The notes under the pieces are model-generated. The model saw only the letters and a list, made by a program, of their open reading frames with translations, did not search any database and was not told the DNA's origin. From Prasinococcaceae sp. CCMP 1430 (taxonomy: Eukaryota; Plantae; Prasinodermophyta), in assembly GCA_013416795.1 (NCBI GenBank), contig RQSC01000056.1:35621-99620 (forward strand): a stretch of DNA of 64,000 nt. The letters are read 5' to 3'. This document shows, piece by piece, positions 54,804 through 64,000 of the stretch. Position numbers and translations under genes: made by a program. Numbering within the stretch: the stretch's first letter is position 1; each line of letters opens with the position of its first letter.

Positions 54804-56696
54804 TCACTTCTGCGTCCAGGCGTGCGCCAGGCGCAGGTGTTCGTCGCGAGCCTGCTGCCCGCCCGGCCCGCGGTACTTGCGCCCGAAGGTGTCCAGCGCT
54901 GTGAGTAATTCCATCCTGTCGTCGTCCTGGAGCGAGAGCTCGACGACACCCACCTGTGCCACCCACAAAATTGCCAATTCTGCGTGCGTGTCGTCCAACA
55001 CCATGCTCCCGAGGCGCTTCACCACCGCTCCGCCGGTCTCAGGCGTGAGCTTGTGCAGGCACGGGTCCACGCGGCCGAGCAGTCGAACCAGGGCGGAGTC
55101 GCTGCCGCGCTGCGAGTTGAGCGCCTCATGGAACGCCGCGTTCAGATTGCCCTGTTCAAGGTGGGCCAGCACGCGCTGCCAGGGCGTGTGCCCGGAGCCA
55201 AAGCCGGAGCCCGCACCTGACGACGGCCCAGGTGGCGCATGCGTGCCCACCACCGGTGGGCGAGCCTTGCCAGGAAACGCGTTCTCATCCAAATGCGCGC
55301 CAACGCTGCCATCGACAACCCGTCCGCCCTCGGCCTCCGATGGCATCGCCCTCCCTCCCCTGGCAGTGAACGCACGAACCTCCCTCTCGAGCGTGTCCAC
55401 CCTCGCCTCCACCCCGGACATGGCCACCCGTGTGCTCGTGCTGAATTCCGCGACCATTTGAAGCAGCTCATCCTGCTGCGCGGCCAGGCGCCGCAACTCG
55501 ACGAGGATGTCTGTCGCATCCGACTGCGAGAGTCCATCCATGCGGAGCGCGGGGGCAGGTGGAGCCTCTGGTTCAGGTTGTGGTTGTGGTTGTGGTTGTG
55601 GTCGTGGCTCAGGCTCAGGCTCTGGCTCAGGCGAAGCGTCCCTTTCATCTGGCTTCGCTGCAACCTCTGGCTCATTGACGGCCTCAGTAGACACATCTGC
55701 GCGCACGTCCTCTCCCAACACGAGCTCTGGCTCCAGTGCGTTGCCGATGACAGGCCCCTCACTGATCTCCCCCTCGGGAGGCAGCGCGGACACGACGAGA
55801 GGCACATCGCGCTTGTGGAAGAAGGCGTCATTGGGCTTCATCTGCAGCGCCGACCGCGCCCGCCGGCCGCGAGACGAAAGTCCGCCTCTGCTATCGTCTT
55901 CGTCGTCGCCACCGTCGACCCCGACCAGTCGCTCTACAGCGCGAGTGGCCTCGGTGACCGCGCTGCGCACGCTCGCGACGCGGTCATATCGAGCGCCTTC
56001 CAACGCGCTTCGCGCCTGCGACGCGTAACGCAGGAGGTCGTGCGGCAGGGAGGACGCCATCTCGACGATGAGCCGCGCGCCCGAGCGGCGAGCGGCGAAG
56101 TCCTTCGGGTCGGCCAGCGCTTGCTCCGCGAGCCGCAAGAGAGTGCCGGCGTGCGCCTGCGCCTCAGCTCCGAGCGCCAGGAGCGCGCCAAGCGCGTCGA
56201 GCGCCTCGCGCCTCGCGCCGAAGACGGGGCGCTCGACATGGCGCAGCAGCTTGGGGAACGCCGCCGTGGCCGAGCTGCGCCGCGCCGAGTCGCTCACGGT
56301 CGCACCGATCATGGCAGTCAGGCAGTGACAGGCGGTGGCCTGAATGGCCGGATCAGAGTCGTGCATCGCTTCGATGAGCGGCCGCCAAAGCGCTTCGAGC
56401 TCGCCCGCGCTCGACCCCGCGGCGCCGCTCGCAGCGAGCGCGGCGAAGGCATCGGCGCACGCATCGCTGACGGGGTCGCGCTGCTCGGCTGACCCGCTGC
56501 GCGTGCCCCCCCGCACGGTCCCCTTGAAGTGCCGCAGCAGGTGCGCCACGAGCCGCGGCACGTGCGCCGCGAGCGCGCGGCCTTTGGTGCGCGCGAGCGC
56601 AGCGAACGCGCCAAGTAGCTGACCTCTCGCCCCCCACCCCCACCCCTGAGCGCCTCGCCCCCGCAGCGGGGCGCACGCGCTGTGGCGCGCGGTCAA
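54804..56696 (-). CDS. TORTIFOLIA1/SPIRAL2-like microtubule-associated HEAT-repeat protein
   Basis: N-terminal HEAT repeats (RYDRVASVRSAV), central coiled coil (QQDELLQMV..GVEARVDTLE), C-terminal WQRV..GNLNAAFHEAL..LVRLLGRVDP; 5' exon unresolved. Confidence 0.75.
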   Translation of the reverse strand: MTARHSACAPLRGRGAQGWGWGARGQLLGAFAALARTKGRALAAHVPRLVAHLLRHFKGTVRGGTRSGSAEQRDPVSDACADAFAALAASGAAGSSAGELEALWRPLIEAMHDSDPAIQATACHCLTAMIGATVSDSARRSSATAAFPKLLRHVERPVFGARREALDALGALLALGAEAQAHAGTLLRLAEQALADPKDFAARRSGARLIVEMASSLPHDLLRYASQARSALEGARYDRVASVRSAVTEATRAVERLVGVDGGDDEDDSRGGLSSRGRRARSALQMKPNDAFFHKRDVPLVVSALPPEGEISEGPVIGNALEPELVLGEDVRADVSTEAVNEPEVAAKPDERDASPEPEPEPEPRPQPQPQPQPEPEAPPAPALRMDGLSQSDATDILVELRRLAAQQDELLQMVAEFSTSTRVAMSGVEARVDTLEREVRAFTARGGRAMPSEAEGGRVVDGSVGAHLDENAFPGKARPPVVGTHAPPGPSSGAGSGFGSGHTPWQRVLAHLEQGNLNAAFHEALNSQRGSDSALVRLLGRVDPCLHKLTPETGGAVVKRLGSMVLDDTHAELAILWVAQVGVVELSLQDDDRMELLTALDTFGRKYRGPGGQQARDEHLRLAHAWTQK

Positions 56697-57178
56697 AATC
56701 GAACGCGCGCTCGCCGCCGCCGCCCCCGCCGAAACGAAACACCCTCGATTTCATCAGGAAATGCCCAAACCTCACCACCGCTTCGCCGAGCGTCTCACGC
56801 GCATGAAACCGCAAAAATGACCCGCGCGAACGAGGACACCCCCCTTCGATCCATCGTCGAGACCGCGGCTCAGACAGACCGCACACGCAGAAAGAGAGAG
56901 CACGTCAAAAGGTGTTGCTACAAAAAGTAGATGCATTTTGATATGGGGCTGTGAGATTGGATGGCGTTCGGTCGGTCGTAACTGCCACGTGGGCAAGCGT
57001 GCGGCGCGCGCGTGCGGGCGCCGGCGCCACACGCGGCCCGCGGGCCGCACGGGCGCGGCTCCCGGGCTGTCTCTCTCTCTCTCTCTCTCTCTCTGTCTCC
57101 CTCGCGCGCTCTATCTCTGTGTGGACCTAGCCTCGCGTCGCCTCGCCTGGCGCGCGCCAGGTCTGTGGTGAGCGCGCG

Positions 57179-58042
57179 ATGGCGCGGCCGCGTGAGGTTG
57201 CGGGCGACTGCGGCGACTGCGAGCAGGAGGCGGGCTGCCAGGCGCACCTGGGGACGATCGGCCGACTCTCGCGAAGCGTTGAGGCGCGGCCGCTGCCGCC
57301 GATCGACGGCGAGCCGGGTGCGGTGTCCTACTACATGCGCGAGGATGCGCCCGAGCTGAGGCTGGTCACGAGCGAAGGTATTGCCGGTGACCGGCGCCTC
57401 TCGCCGAGCCACCTGACCCGAGCTCGCGATATACTGTTCGTGGACCCGGAGACGCTCCGCCGAATTCGGAGCGATCAAGCCGACGATGCCGGAGATACGA
57501 AGGACAGCGACGACGCGACCATGGTCGGCCAGAACGTCACGCTCAATGAGGGTGCGCGCATCGCGGAATGGTGCGTCGGCGATGAGATCCGCGTCGGCCG
57601 CACCGCCGTGGTGCGCCTCACAAGCTGCCGCCGGCCCTGCCCCAAGAACGACAACGCGCACGGCGCTGGCGCTTGCCAGCGCATGCACGAGGGTGCGCTC
57701 GGCGGAGTATTTGGCACTGTCATAGCGGGTGGGGTCGTCCGTGTGGGCGACTCGATCAGCCTTTTGCGGCGGATCTCACCTCGTTGGACGTGCGTCGGAG
57801 TGCACCTGGCGCTCTACGGCAGCACGCCCGAGATCAGCCCGGCCGTCCTGCGGGAGATCGCGCGGCTGCCGCACCTCGAGGGCCCGCGGTACAGGGACGT
57901 CGCATTGCGGCGAGCGCAGCAAGCAGAAAAGTCAGATCCATCTCCCTGGATGGACTTTCTGAGCACCCGCGCAGCCAGGTCGGTGATCCTGCTGGCGGCA
58001 TGCGCGCTTGGTTGGACGCTCGGCGGACGAGCTGGGAGCTGA
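57179..58042 (+). CDS. MOSC-domain protein (YiiM-like) with a C-terminal TM anchor
   Basis: EGIAGD, GQNVTL, VGDEIRVG, RRPCPK (conserved Cys), G.VIAGGVVRVGD. Confidence 0.82.
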   Translation: MARPREVAGDCGDCEQEAGCQAHLGTIGRLSRSVEARPLPPIDGEPGAVSYYMREDAPELRLVTSEGIAGDRRLSPSHLTRARDILFVDPETLRRIRSDQADDAGDTKDSDDATMVGQNVTLNEGARIAEWCVGDEIRVGRTAVVRLTSCRRPCPKNDNAHGAGACQRMHEGALGGVFGTVIAGGVVRVGDSISLLRRISPRWTCVGVHLALYGSTPEISPAVLREIARLPHLEGPRYRDVALRRAQQAEKSDPSPWMDFLSTRAARSVILLAACALGWTLGGRAGS

Positions 58043-58316
58043 CAGACGCGGTCGAGGTCGGCTTCGCGACCAGCTCGCACGCGGCGAGCGCCTCCAGAGG
58101 GGCATCGCCGGCGGTTCCGACGTCTCTTGGCTACAGCCCGAGCCCTCCGCCCCCCGCTCGCTCGCCCGCGCGCCGGCCACGGAGAGCCGGCGGAGGTATG
58201 GGTACTGCTTGAGCTCTGGCGGCCTTCGTGCCAACATTCGACGTAAGATTTGAACGACCGCACTTTCATTTTGACCACTTCCAATTTTGAATATACCGTG
58301 ATACGGTGTTTTCAAT

Positions 58317-60971
58317 TTGATCAGGAAAAGATCGGAAGCTTTTTGTCCTGGCAGTCTTGTTTTGATTGCATTGTATGAAAAGGCTGTTGTGTTCGCGGCG
58401 CTGCCAGCGGGGCGAGCGTCACCGCCGGCGCTGCCACACTGCCCGCACGGGGCGCACCGGGGGCTGGGAGGGGGCGCCGCGCCGCGCGCGCGGCGGGGAG
58501 CGCACGACGCCCCCGCGTCGCCGCAGCAGCCTTTCGTCGCGAACGGCGGCGGCGCGCCGGCGGGCCCGGGCCCGGCGTCGAGTCCCGTCTCAATCCTCTG
58601 CGCGGGAGTCGGCGCAGTCGGCGGCGGTGACCCCGTCTTGGCGTACCGCGCGCGAGCCGCGAACGTGCGCGCAGCGCTTGCGGCGTCGGCAGCGACGCGC
58701 TCGGAGGTCATCGGGGTGCTGGACAGCCTCGAGGCTACCATGTCGGGGCTCGCCGCTGCGATGGCTCCCATCCAGGCGCGCACGCGCTCTTTGGGCGTGG
58801 GCCAGGGCAACGTGCGCGCCGCGCGTGCGTCGTGCGAGCGCGTGCTCGCAATGCTCGACGCGCCGCGCAAGTACGAACGCAGCATCGCCGCCGGTGCGAG
58901 TGGCACCTCGCTCAGACCGTTCCTCGAGGCCGTGGACGAACTGGAGAGCGCGCGCGACTTCCTGGACGAGCGCAGGGACATGCGCGGCGTCGATGACGCG
59001 CTCGCGCGCACGAACTCGCTCCTCGCTTCCGCCGGACCGCACTGCGAGCGCGAGTTCAAGGTCAGGCTGGTGCCGCCCGAGCTACGTGCGCTGCTTGCAT
59101 CCCCCGGACGGCACCCCGAGGGCGAGACGACGGTCAGGCTGGTGCCGGCCGAGGTGCGTTCGGCAACCCTCGGCGGTACCTTCACCGCTGGCAACAGCCG
59201 TGTCGCAAACGCTCCGAGGTCAAGACGCGAGAGGGGGGGCTCAGGCAGCAGCGCCGTAACGCCTGCCTCCTCGGCGGGTGCCGAGGAGGGCGACGAGGCG
59301 GACGACGGCGGCGGCGCCCCCCACCTGGCAGCCCCGATGCCAAGCAAGGATGAGATGCCGGCCCTGGCGGCGCTCGCCGCGGCCGCTCACAGGGCGGGGA
59401 GGGGCGCGGGGATATCATCCGTGTACCTGTCTAGCCGGGCGAGCGCCGTCTCTAAGGCGCTCGAGTCTCTTGACATGGCCGCCTTTCCGGGCGGCGACTT
59501 CCAACCCGGTGCAGTGGATGCAGTCGCGGCGCTCTCGCCCATCACGCCAGAGGTGGGGGCGCGCTCGCATGCGAGCAACGCGCGCACGCCACACGCCCCA
59601 GGAGCGCCCAACGCGCCGCCCGTCGAGTGGACCGAGGAGACCAGGCGCGTGCGTGTTTGGCGAGACGCCATCAGCGCACTGGCAGGCAGAGTGCTGCCTG
59701 CAGAGCTCGAGCTCGCCACCGAGGTGTTCGGCATGTGCAACGAAGAGGCCGCCGAGGGCGCCTTCGCTCAGGTTGCCAACCATGCGCTCGCCGCCCCGTT
59801 GCGATTCGCACGCGCTGCGGCCGCGCGGGGTCCTGGCGGCGGGTCCGTCGGCGTCCACACTGCCCGGTCGCCTGGCGGATCCTCACCTGTTGTCCCTGAG
59901 CGCAGCTTCCTCTTTCTCGACATGGTGCTAACGCTGGACGAGGCCAAAGCGGCCCTCGAGACTGCAAGCGGTAGGGTGTCCCATGGCGACAGCGTGGTCA
60001 GAGGCCGCGAGGCGGCACGGCGCGAACCCATTCGGGGCACGGTGGCCGAGCTGGCCGCCTGCCGCGCGGAGCTGGCACATGCCTCTGCGAGCTCGGTGCG
60101 GAGCCTCATCAGCGCCGTGAAGACCGACGCCAGCTCCTCGGTGCCGGCCAAGGGCAACGTGCACCCTCTCGCTGCATATTCGATGAATTTCCTGCGCAGG
60201 CTGGTGGCGTACCCTCCAGCGGTGCTCGCCGCCGCCGTGGGCGCCGACGCTGCGTCGCCGGCAGATCTCGACGCGCTCCTCGCAGACGTGTGCCAAGGCG
60301 TAGCCGACGCGCTCGCTGTGACCTTGGAGAGGAAAGCCGTGGCAGGCTACCCCAAGAATCACGCGCTGCGTGCGCTGTTCCTCATGAACAACGCGCAGTA
60401 CATCTCACGCCACGCGAAGAAGTCCAGGTACCTTGGCCGGCTGCTAGGAGAACGGTGGCTGAAGGAGCGCAAGGCGGAAGTGCACGCGCAGGCCGACGAA
60501 TACCGGCTGCGGTCGTTCGAGAAGCTCATGGAGCTGCTCACGCGCGATGCGGGCAGCGAAGGCCAGCCATCGGGAATCAAGCAGGTGAACGCCATCGTCG
60601 ATGATATCCTCAAAACGCAGCGGTACTGGACGATCGCAGATGCGAATCTGCGCGACAGGGTGCGGCGCTCCATCGCGCGCGCGATACTGCCACCGTACGC
60701 CGCGTTCGCCGAGCGCTGCAGCGTGGCGGCCGCGGCGTCGACTCCCAGCGTCGCCGGCGCCATCGTTGGCAAATTGAGCGGTGGCCAGGCGCTGAAACAC
60801 TCTCCCGCCGACCTGGAGTCAATCATCGGCGAGCTCTTCGCATTCGGAGAGGCGACTGATGACGAGACGGAGACACCGTCTGCATCCGTGCGCAGCGGCT
60901 TCACCCACGCGAGCCACGGCGTCCCATCTAGTCATGGCACCGGAGCTGGCAACGGCGCAGCCGCACACTAA
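58317..60971 (+). CDS. EXO70: Exocyst subunit Exo70
   Basis: VPAKGNVHPLAAYSMNFL, ALRALFLMNNAQYI, Q..WTIADANLRDRVR..ILPPYAAF, LKHSPADLESII.ELF; start uncertain. Confidence 0.88.
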   Translation: MIRKRSEAFCPGSLVLIALYEKAVVFAALPAGRASPPALPHCPHGAHRGLGGGAAPRARRGAHDAPASPQQPFVANGGGAPAGPGPASSPVSILCAGVGAVGGGDPVLAYRARAANVRAALAASAATRSEVIGVLDSLEATMSGLAAAMAPIQARTRSLGVGQGNVRAARASCERVLAMLDAPRKYERSIAAGASGTSLRPFLEAVDELESARDFLDERRDMRGVDDALARTNSLLASAGPHCEREFKVRLVPPELRALLASPGRHPEGETTVRLVPAEVRSATLGGTFTAGNSRVANAPRSRRERGGSGSSAVTPASSAGAEEGDEADDGGGAPHLAAPMPSKDEMPALAALAAAAHRAGRGAGISSVYLSSRASAVSKALESLDMAAFPGGDFQPGAVDAVAALSPITPEVGARSHASNARTPHAPGAPNAPPVEWTEETRRVRVWRDAISALAGRVLPAELELATEVFGMCNEEAAEGAFAQVANHALAAPLRFARAAAARGPGGGSVGVHTARSPGGSSPVVPERSFLFLDMVLTLDEAKAALETASGRVSHGDSVVRGREAARREPIRGTVAELAACRAELAHASASSVRSLISAVKTDASSSVPAKGNVHPLAAYSMNFLRRLVAYPPAVLAAAVGADAASPADLDALLADVCQGVADALAVTLERKAVAGYPKNHALRALFLMNNAQYISRHAKKSRYLGRLLGERWLKERKAEVHAQADEYRLRSFEKLMELLTRDAGSEGQPSGIKQVNAIVDDILKTQRYWTIADANLRDRVRRSIARAILPPYAAFAERCSVAAAASTPSVAGAIVGKLSGGQALKHSPADLESIIGELFAFGEATDDETETPSASVRSGFTHASHGVPSSHGTGAGNGAAAH

Positions 60972-61120
60972 GTGAGTGCGCCCGCGATGTCGCGGAATGC
61001 CGCCAGGATGTATGTATACTTGTTATCTGTACTACGAGGTCCTCCCCAATAGGCCGCATGCGCAGGCCGCCCACCGGCGCGCGGCGAGCGGAGCAGAGCG
61101 CACGCCACCGAAGCGTGGCT

Positions 61121-62005
61121 TCACTCGCCGCTCTTGGCCCGGCGCTTGGCCATCATCTCCGCGATCAGGCCGGTCTGCATGGTGAAGGCCTGCGAGCTGG
61201 CGTGTTTGATGGAGACCGGGCCCACGTCGTTGGTGGACGCGCCCGCGGTGCGGAGCAGCCCCACGACCTCTTGGGTCTTGCCGAAGTATACCTGGTCGAG
61301 CGAATTGCGCAGCTTGCCCTCCATCTCCTCGATAGCCTTTCCAATATTGGTGAGGTGCGACTCGTCCGGCCTTGTGGCGGATGCTCGTTTCTTTGCCTGC
61401 CGCGTGATGTGGCCCGCCAGCGAGAATTCGCCGCCCGAGCCATCCTTGGTCCGCAGGTACAGCATGACCGTCGAGGTCAGCGTGTACGTGCTCAGCCCAT
61501 CCGCGCCCGTCTCGTCCACCTCAACCACGTGCACGGCATCCCAGGAGCCGTCGTTGGCGTCCACGCGCTTCCCGCCCTGTTTCTTTATCAGGAAGCACCC
61601 AGCGAAGCCCCCGTCGGCCTCCCAGAGGTACACGCTGGAGAGGCCGCCTTCGTAGTACAGCTGCCTGTACGCAGACCACACTTCGTTGGCCTCGATCTCC
61701 TTCGCGCGCAGGTCCGCCGAGGGCAGCGTGGGTGGCTCTTGGTCGGCGGCGATCGCCGGGAAGTACTGGTTGCTCCACGGCGAGCGATAGCTGTCCCCGT
61801 CGCGGTTGTAGTCGCAGCACAGGTACGACCGGCCCTTGCCCGCGGGCGACTCGTCGCACACGACCTTCAGCGGCGCGTCGATCCGCGAGCGCAGCTCGTC
61901 CTCGAGGTCGGGCGCGAGCGCCACGAGTTTCTCCAGGTTTTCGCTCACGGCCTCGGGCGGCAGCCGCCGCATTAGGTCGAGCGCGCAGTCGAGCGCATCA
62001 GGCAT
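61121..62005 (-). CDS. CAPZB: F-actin capping protein beta subunit
   Basis: ALDLMRRLPP, CDYNRDGDSYRSPWSN, YYEGGLSSVYLW, WDAVHVVEV, IEEMEGKLRNSLDQVYFGKT. Confidence 0.96.
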   Translation of the reverse strand: MPDALDCALDLMRRLPPEAVSENLEKLVALAPDLEDELRSRIDAPLKVVCDESPAGKGRSYLCCDYNRDGDSYRSPWSNQYFPAIAADQEPPTLPSADLRAKEIEANEVWSAYRQLYYEGGLSSVYLWEADGGFAGCFLIKKQGGKRVDANDGSWDAVHVVEVDETGADGLSTYTLTSTVMLYLRTKDGSGGEFSLAGHITRQAKKRASATRPDESHLTNIGKAIEEMEGKLRNSLDQVYFGKTQEVVGLLRTAGASTNDVGPVSIKHASSQAFTMQTGLIAEMMAKRRAKSGE

Positions 62006-62598
62006 GGCTGCACCCGGTGCGCCGCGCCCCGCACCCCCCTCCCCCCCCCCCCTCGCCTCGCCCCTGCGCCCTCTCACAGCGCGCGCACAAAAACCGACGC
62101 ACCGAGCCGGCGCACGGCACACCCGCCGCGCCGCCGCCGCCGCCAATGCCCTCCACACCGCCGCAGCTCCTCCGCGCGTCGAGGGATCCGCGATCCCGCC
62201 CGCACGCGCGCGCTGCCGGACAGCAGGGGCGCGCCCCGCGCGCTCTGGCGCCCGGCGCCGTTCGAACGCCCTCCTCCCGCAGTGCCAACGCGCACGCGCT
62301 CGCCGGGTCCCCAACTAAAAAAAAAAAAAAGCTCAGGGACCTCATCACTTTGAATGCGTGGCGCCACGCGATGCGGGCCAGACCGCTGCGGTATGGAAGG
62401 CGATTTGATCTTCGATGCCACTTTTCTTGTTTTTTTTTTTTTTTTAAATTGAGTGTGAGTGTGTGTGAGCGACGGTGCTTCTCAGTCGTCGCACTCTTTC
62501 CCTTTTTTAAATTTACGGATTGGATTTCGGATGAGAAGTTCTAAAAAGTGAATACGATCATTGATGAAAAATCGGAGGTAAATTGATTTCGGTGGCGA

Positions 62599-64000
62599 AT
62601 GGCGGAAAGCGGCGTCGCCGGGGCGCGCGCGCGCTGTGGCGCACCCATGGGGGGAGTGGGAGAGTCGAGCCGCGCGCTGTGGCTGCTGTGGCTGTGGCTG
62701 CAGGCGCGCGGGGGTGGTGGGGTGGCGGGGTCGCGCGGGCGCCACAGCGCGCGCGCGATGCGCGCCGCGGGGAGTCGTCGCCTCGCTCAGGCCTGCCCCA
62801 GGGGAGCGGCGTCACGCAGCGCGGCAGCGGCGGCGGCAGCCGCGCCAGAGGTCGCTGACGACGTCAGCGACGGCGGCGCGGATGGCGGAACGGGGACGGC
62901 GGGGAAGACCTCCGGCAAGCGGCGCGGCCGCGCGCGCCACGCGTCGCTCGAGGTGAACGGCCTCCCGGTGGAGGGCCTGTCCGTCGGCGGGCAGGAGACG
63001 TGCATCATCCTGCCGACGCTGCGCGTCGCCTTCGACTCGGGGCGGTGTCCGCAGCGCTGCGTCTACCAGGTACGCGCGGAGAGTCAGCGAGCGTCCGCGC
63101 CCGTGCGCGGACTTCCTTAGCGGAGAGAGACACGAGAGCGCGTGTGTGCGTCTGCGCGCTCCTCAAGCCCTGCTCTGACACGTGGCGGCTGGTGCTGGCT
63201 CTGGCTACCCCCCACAGGACACCATGCTCGTGTCGCATGGCCACATGGACCACATCGGCGGGCTGCACAACTATGCGGCCACGCGTGGCATGCTGTCGCT
63301 GCCGGCGCCCGACGTGCTTGTACCCAAGCCAATCGCGCCTGCGGTGGCGCGCATGATGGAGTCTTGGGCGGAGCTCGACGCGGGGGAGCTGAAGCACAAC
63401 CTCGTCGGTGTGCTGCCAGGGTGCGTGCTCGGGCGTCTCCGTCGCACACGGGCGCGTGCGTGGTCGTGCGCGTGCATGTGCGCGCGTGCCCCGAGCCAGG
63501 AGTCTGTGAGGCGCCTCTCCTGTGTGCGTCGCCCCCCTCGCGCCTCACACGCTGACGCGCTTGCGCGATTCCCCCCTTCACGCTTGCCATGCGCACGCAG
63601 CGACGAGCATGCGCTGAGCAGCCCCAAGGGCTACTTCGTGAAACCCTTCACGACCACGCACGTGGTGCCCTCCCAGGGCTACGTGGTGTGCTCGCGCAAG
63701 CAGAAGCTGCGTGAGGAGTACCTGGGCTTGCCGGGCGCCGAGATCAAGGCCTTGCGCCAGGCGGGCGAGGACATCACGCGCACGGTCGAGGTGGCGGAGG
63801 CGGCTTTCACGGCTGACACGACCATGGACTTCGTGAAGGTGGATGCGCCGGAGACCAGGCTCGCGCTCAGCGCCAAGGTGTTCTTCATGGAGTGCACCTT
63901 CGTCGACGACACGATGACCGCCGAAGATGCCCGCGAGTACGGCCACACGCACCTCGACGAGATCGTCGCCAACGCCGACGCCTTCGCCAACGTGGGCGCG
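62599..64000 (+). CDS. Short-form (TM-type) tRNase Z, TRZ1/TRZ2-like; runs off the window end
   Basis: EGLSVGGQETC, FDSGRCP, SHGHMDHIGG, THVVPSQGY, AFTADT, MECTF, YGHTHL; introns 63070-63217 and 63421-63600; start uncertain. Confidence 0.92.

Noticed and set aside
59061-59160. Short internal repeat GTCAGGCTGGTGCCG twice (72-bp period) in Exo70
   Set aside because: Small in-frame duplication or alternative donor; no evidence of a distinct element

Overview
This window is eukaryotic nuclear DNA from a very GC-rich, gene-dense green alga, probably a prasinophyte/Prasinoderma-like lineage. That assignment is inferred from GT-AG introns, plastid and mitochondrial presequences, and plant-type genes (TL20.3, ATP synthase f, TORTIFOLIA1, Exo70, TM-type tRNase Z). 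There are several N gaps. About 30 genes can be supported, mostly housekeeping: WDR48, HIG1, phosducin-like, mitochondrial phosphate carrier, AFG1, DnaJ, aminotransferase, AP-4 beta, S1P lyase, MOSC, Exo70, CAPZB and tRNase Z. Five features stand out. (1) A nuclear, micro-exon-split psbM at 2.3-3.2 kb that the ORF track misses. (2) A visibly less GC-rich, partly duplicated accessory island at about 30.9-47.4 kb, encoding a PLAC8 protein, a bacterial-like intracellular subtilisin, a PLAT-lipoxygenase with a frameshift, and an LRR-ectodomain protein with an XK-like multi-TM C-terminus, plus a paralog sharing only that C-terminus and ankyrin genes; this is a candidate defence/oxylipin-signalling locus. 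(3) An intradiol dioxygenase fused to an SPPP stalk. (4) A candidate H/ACA snoRNA in the phosphate-carrier intron. (5) A zinc-finger-less ZC3H15/Tma46 homolog. All family assignments come from motif recognition by eye; no searches were run.
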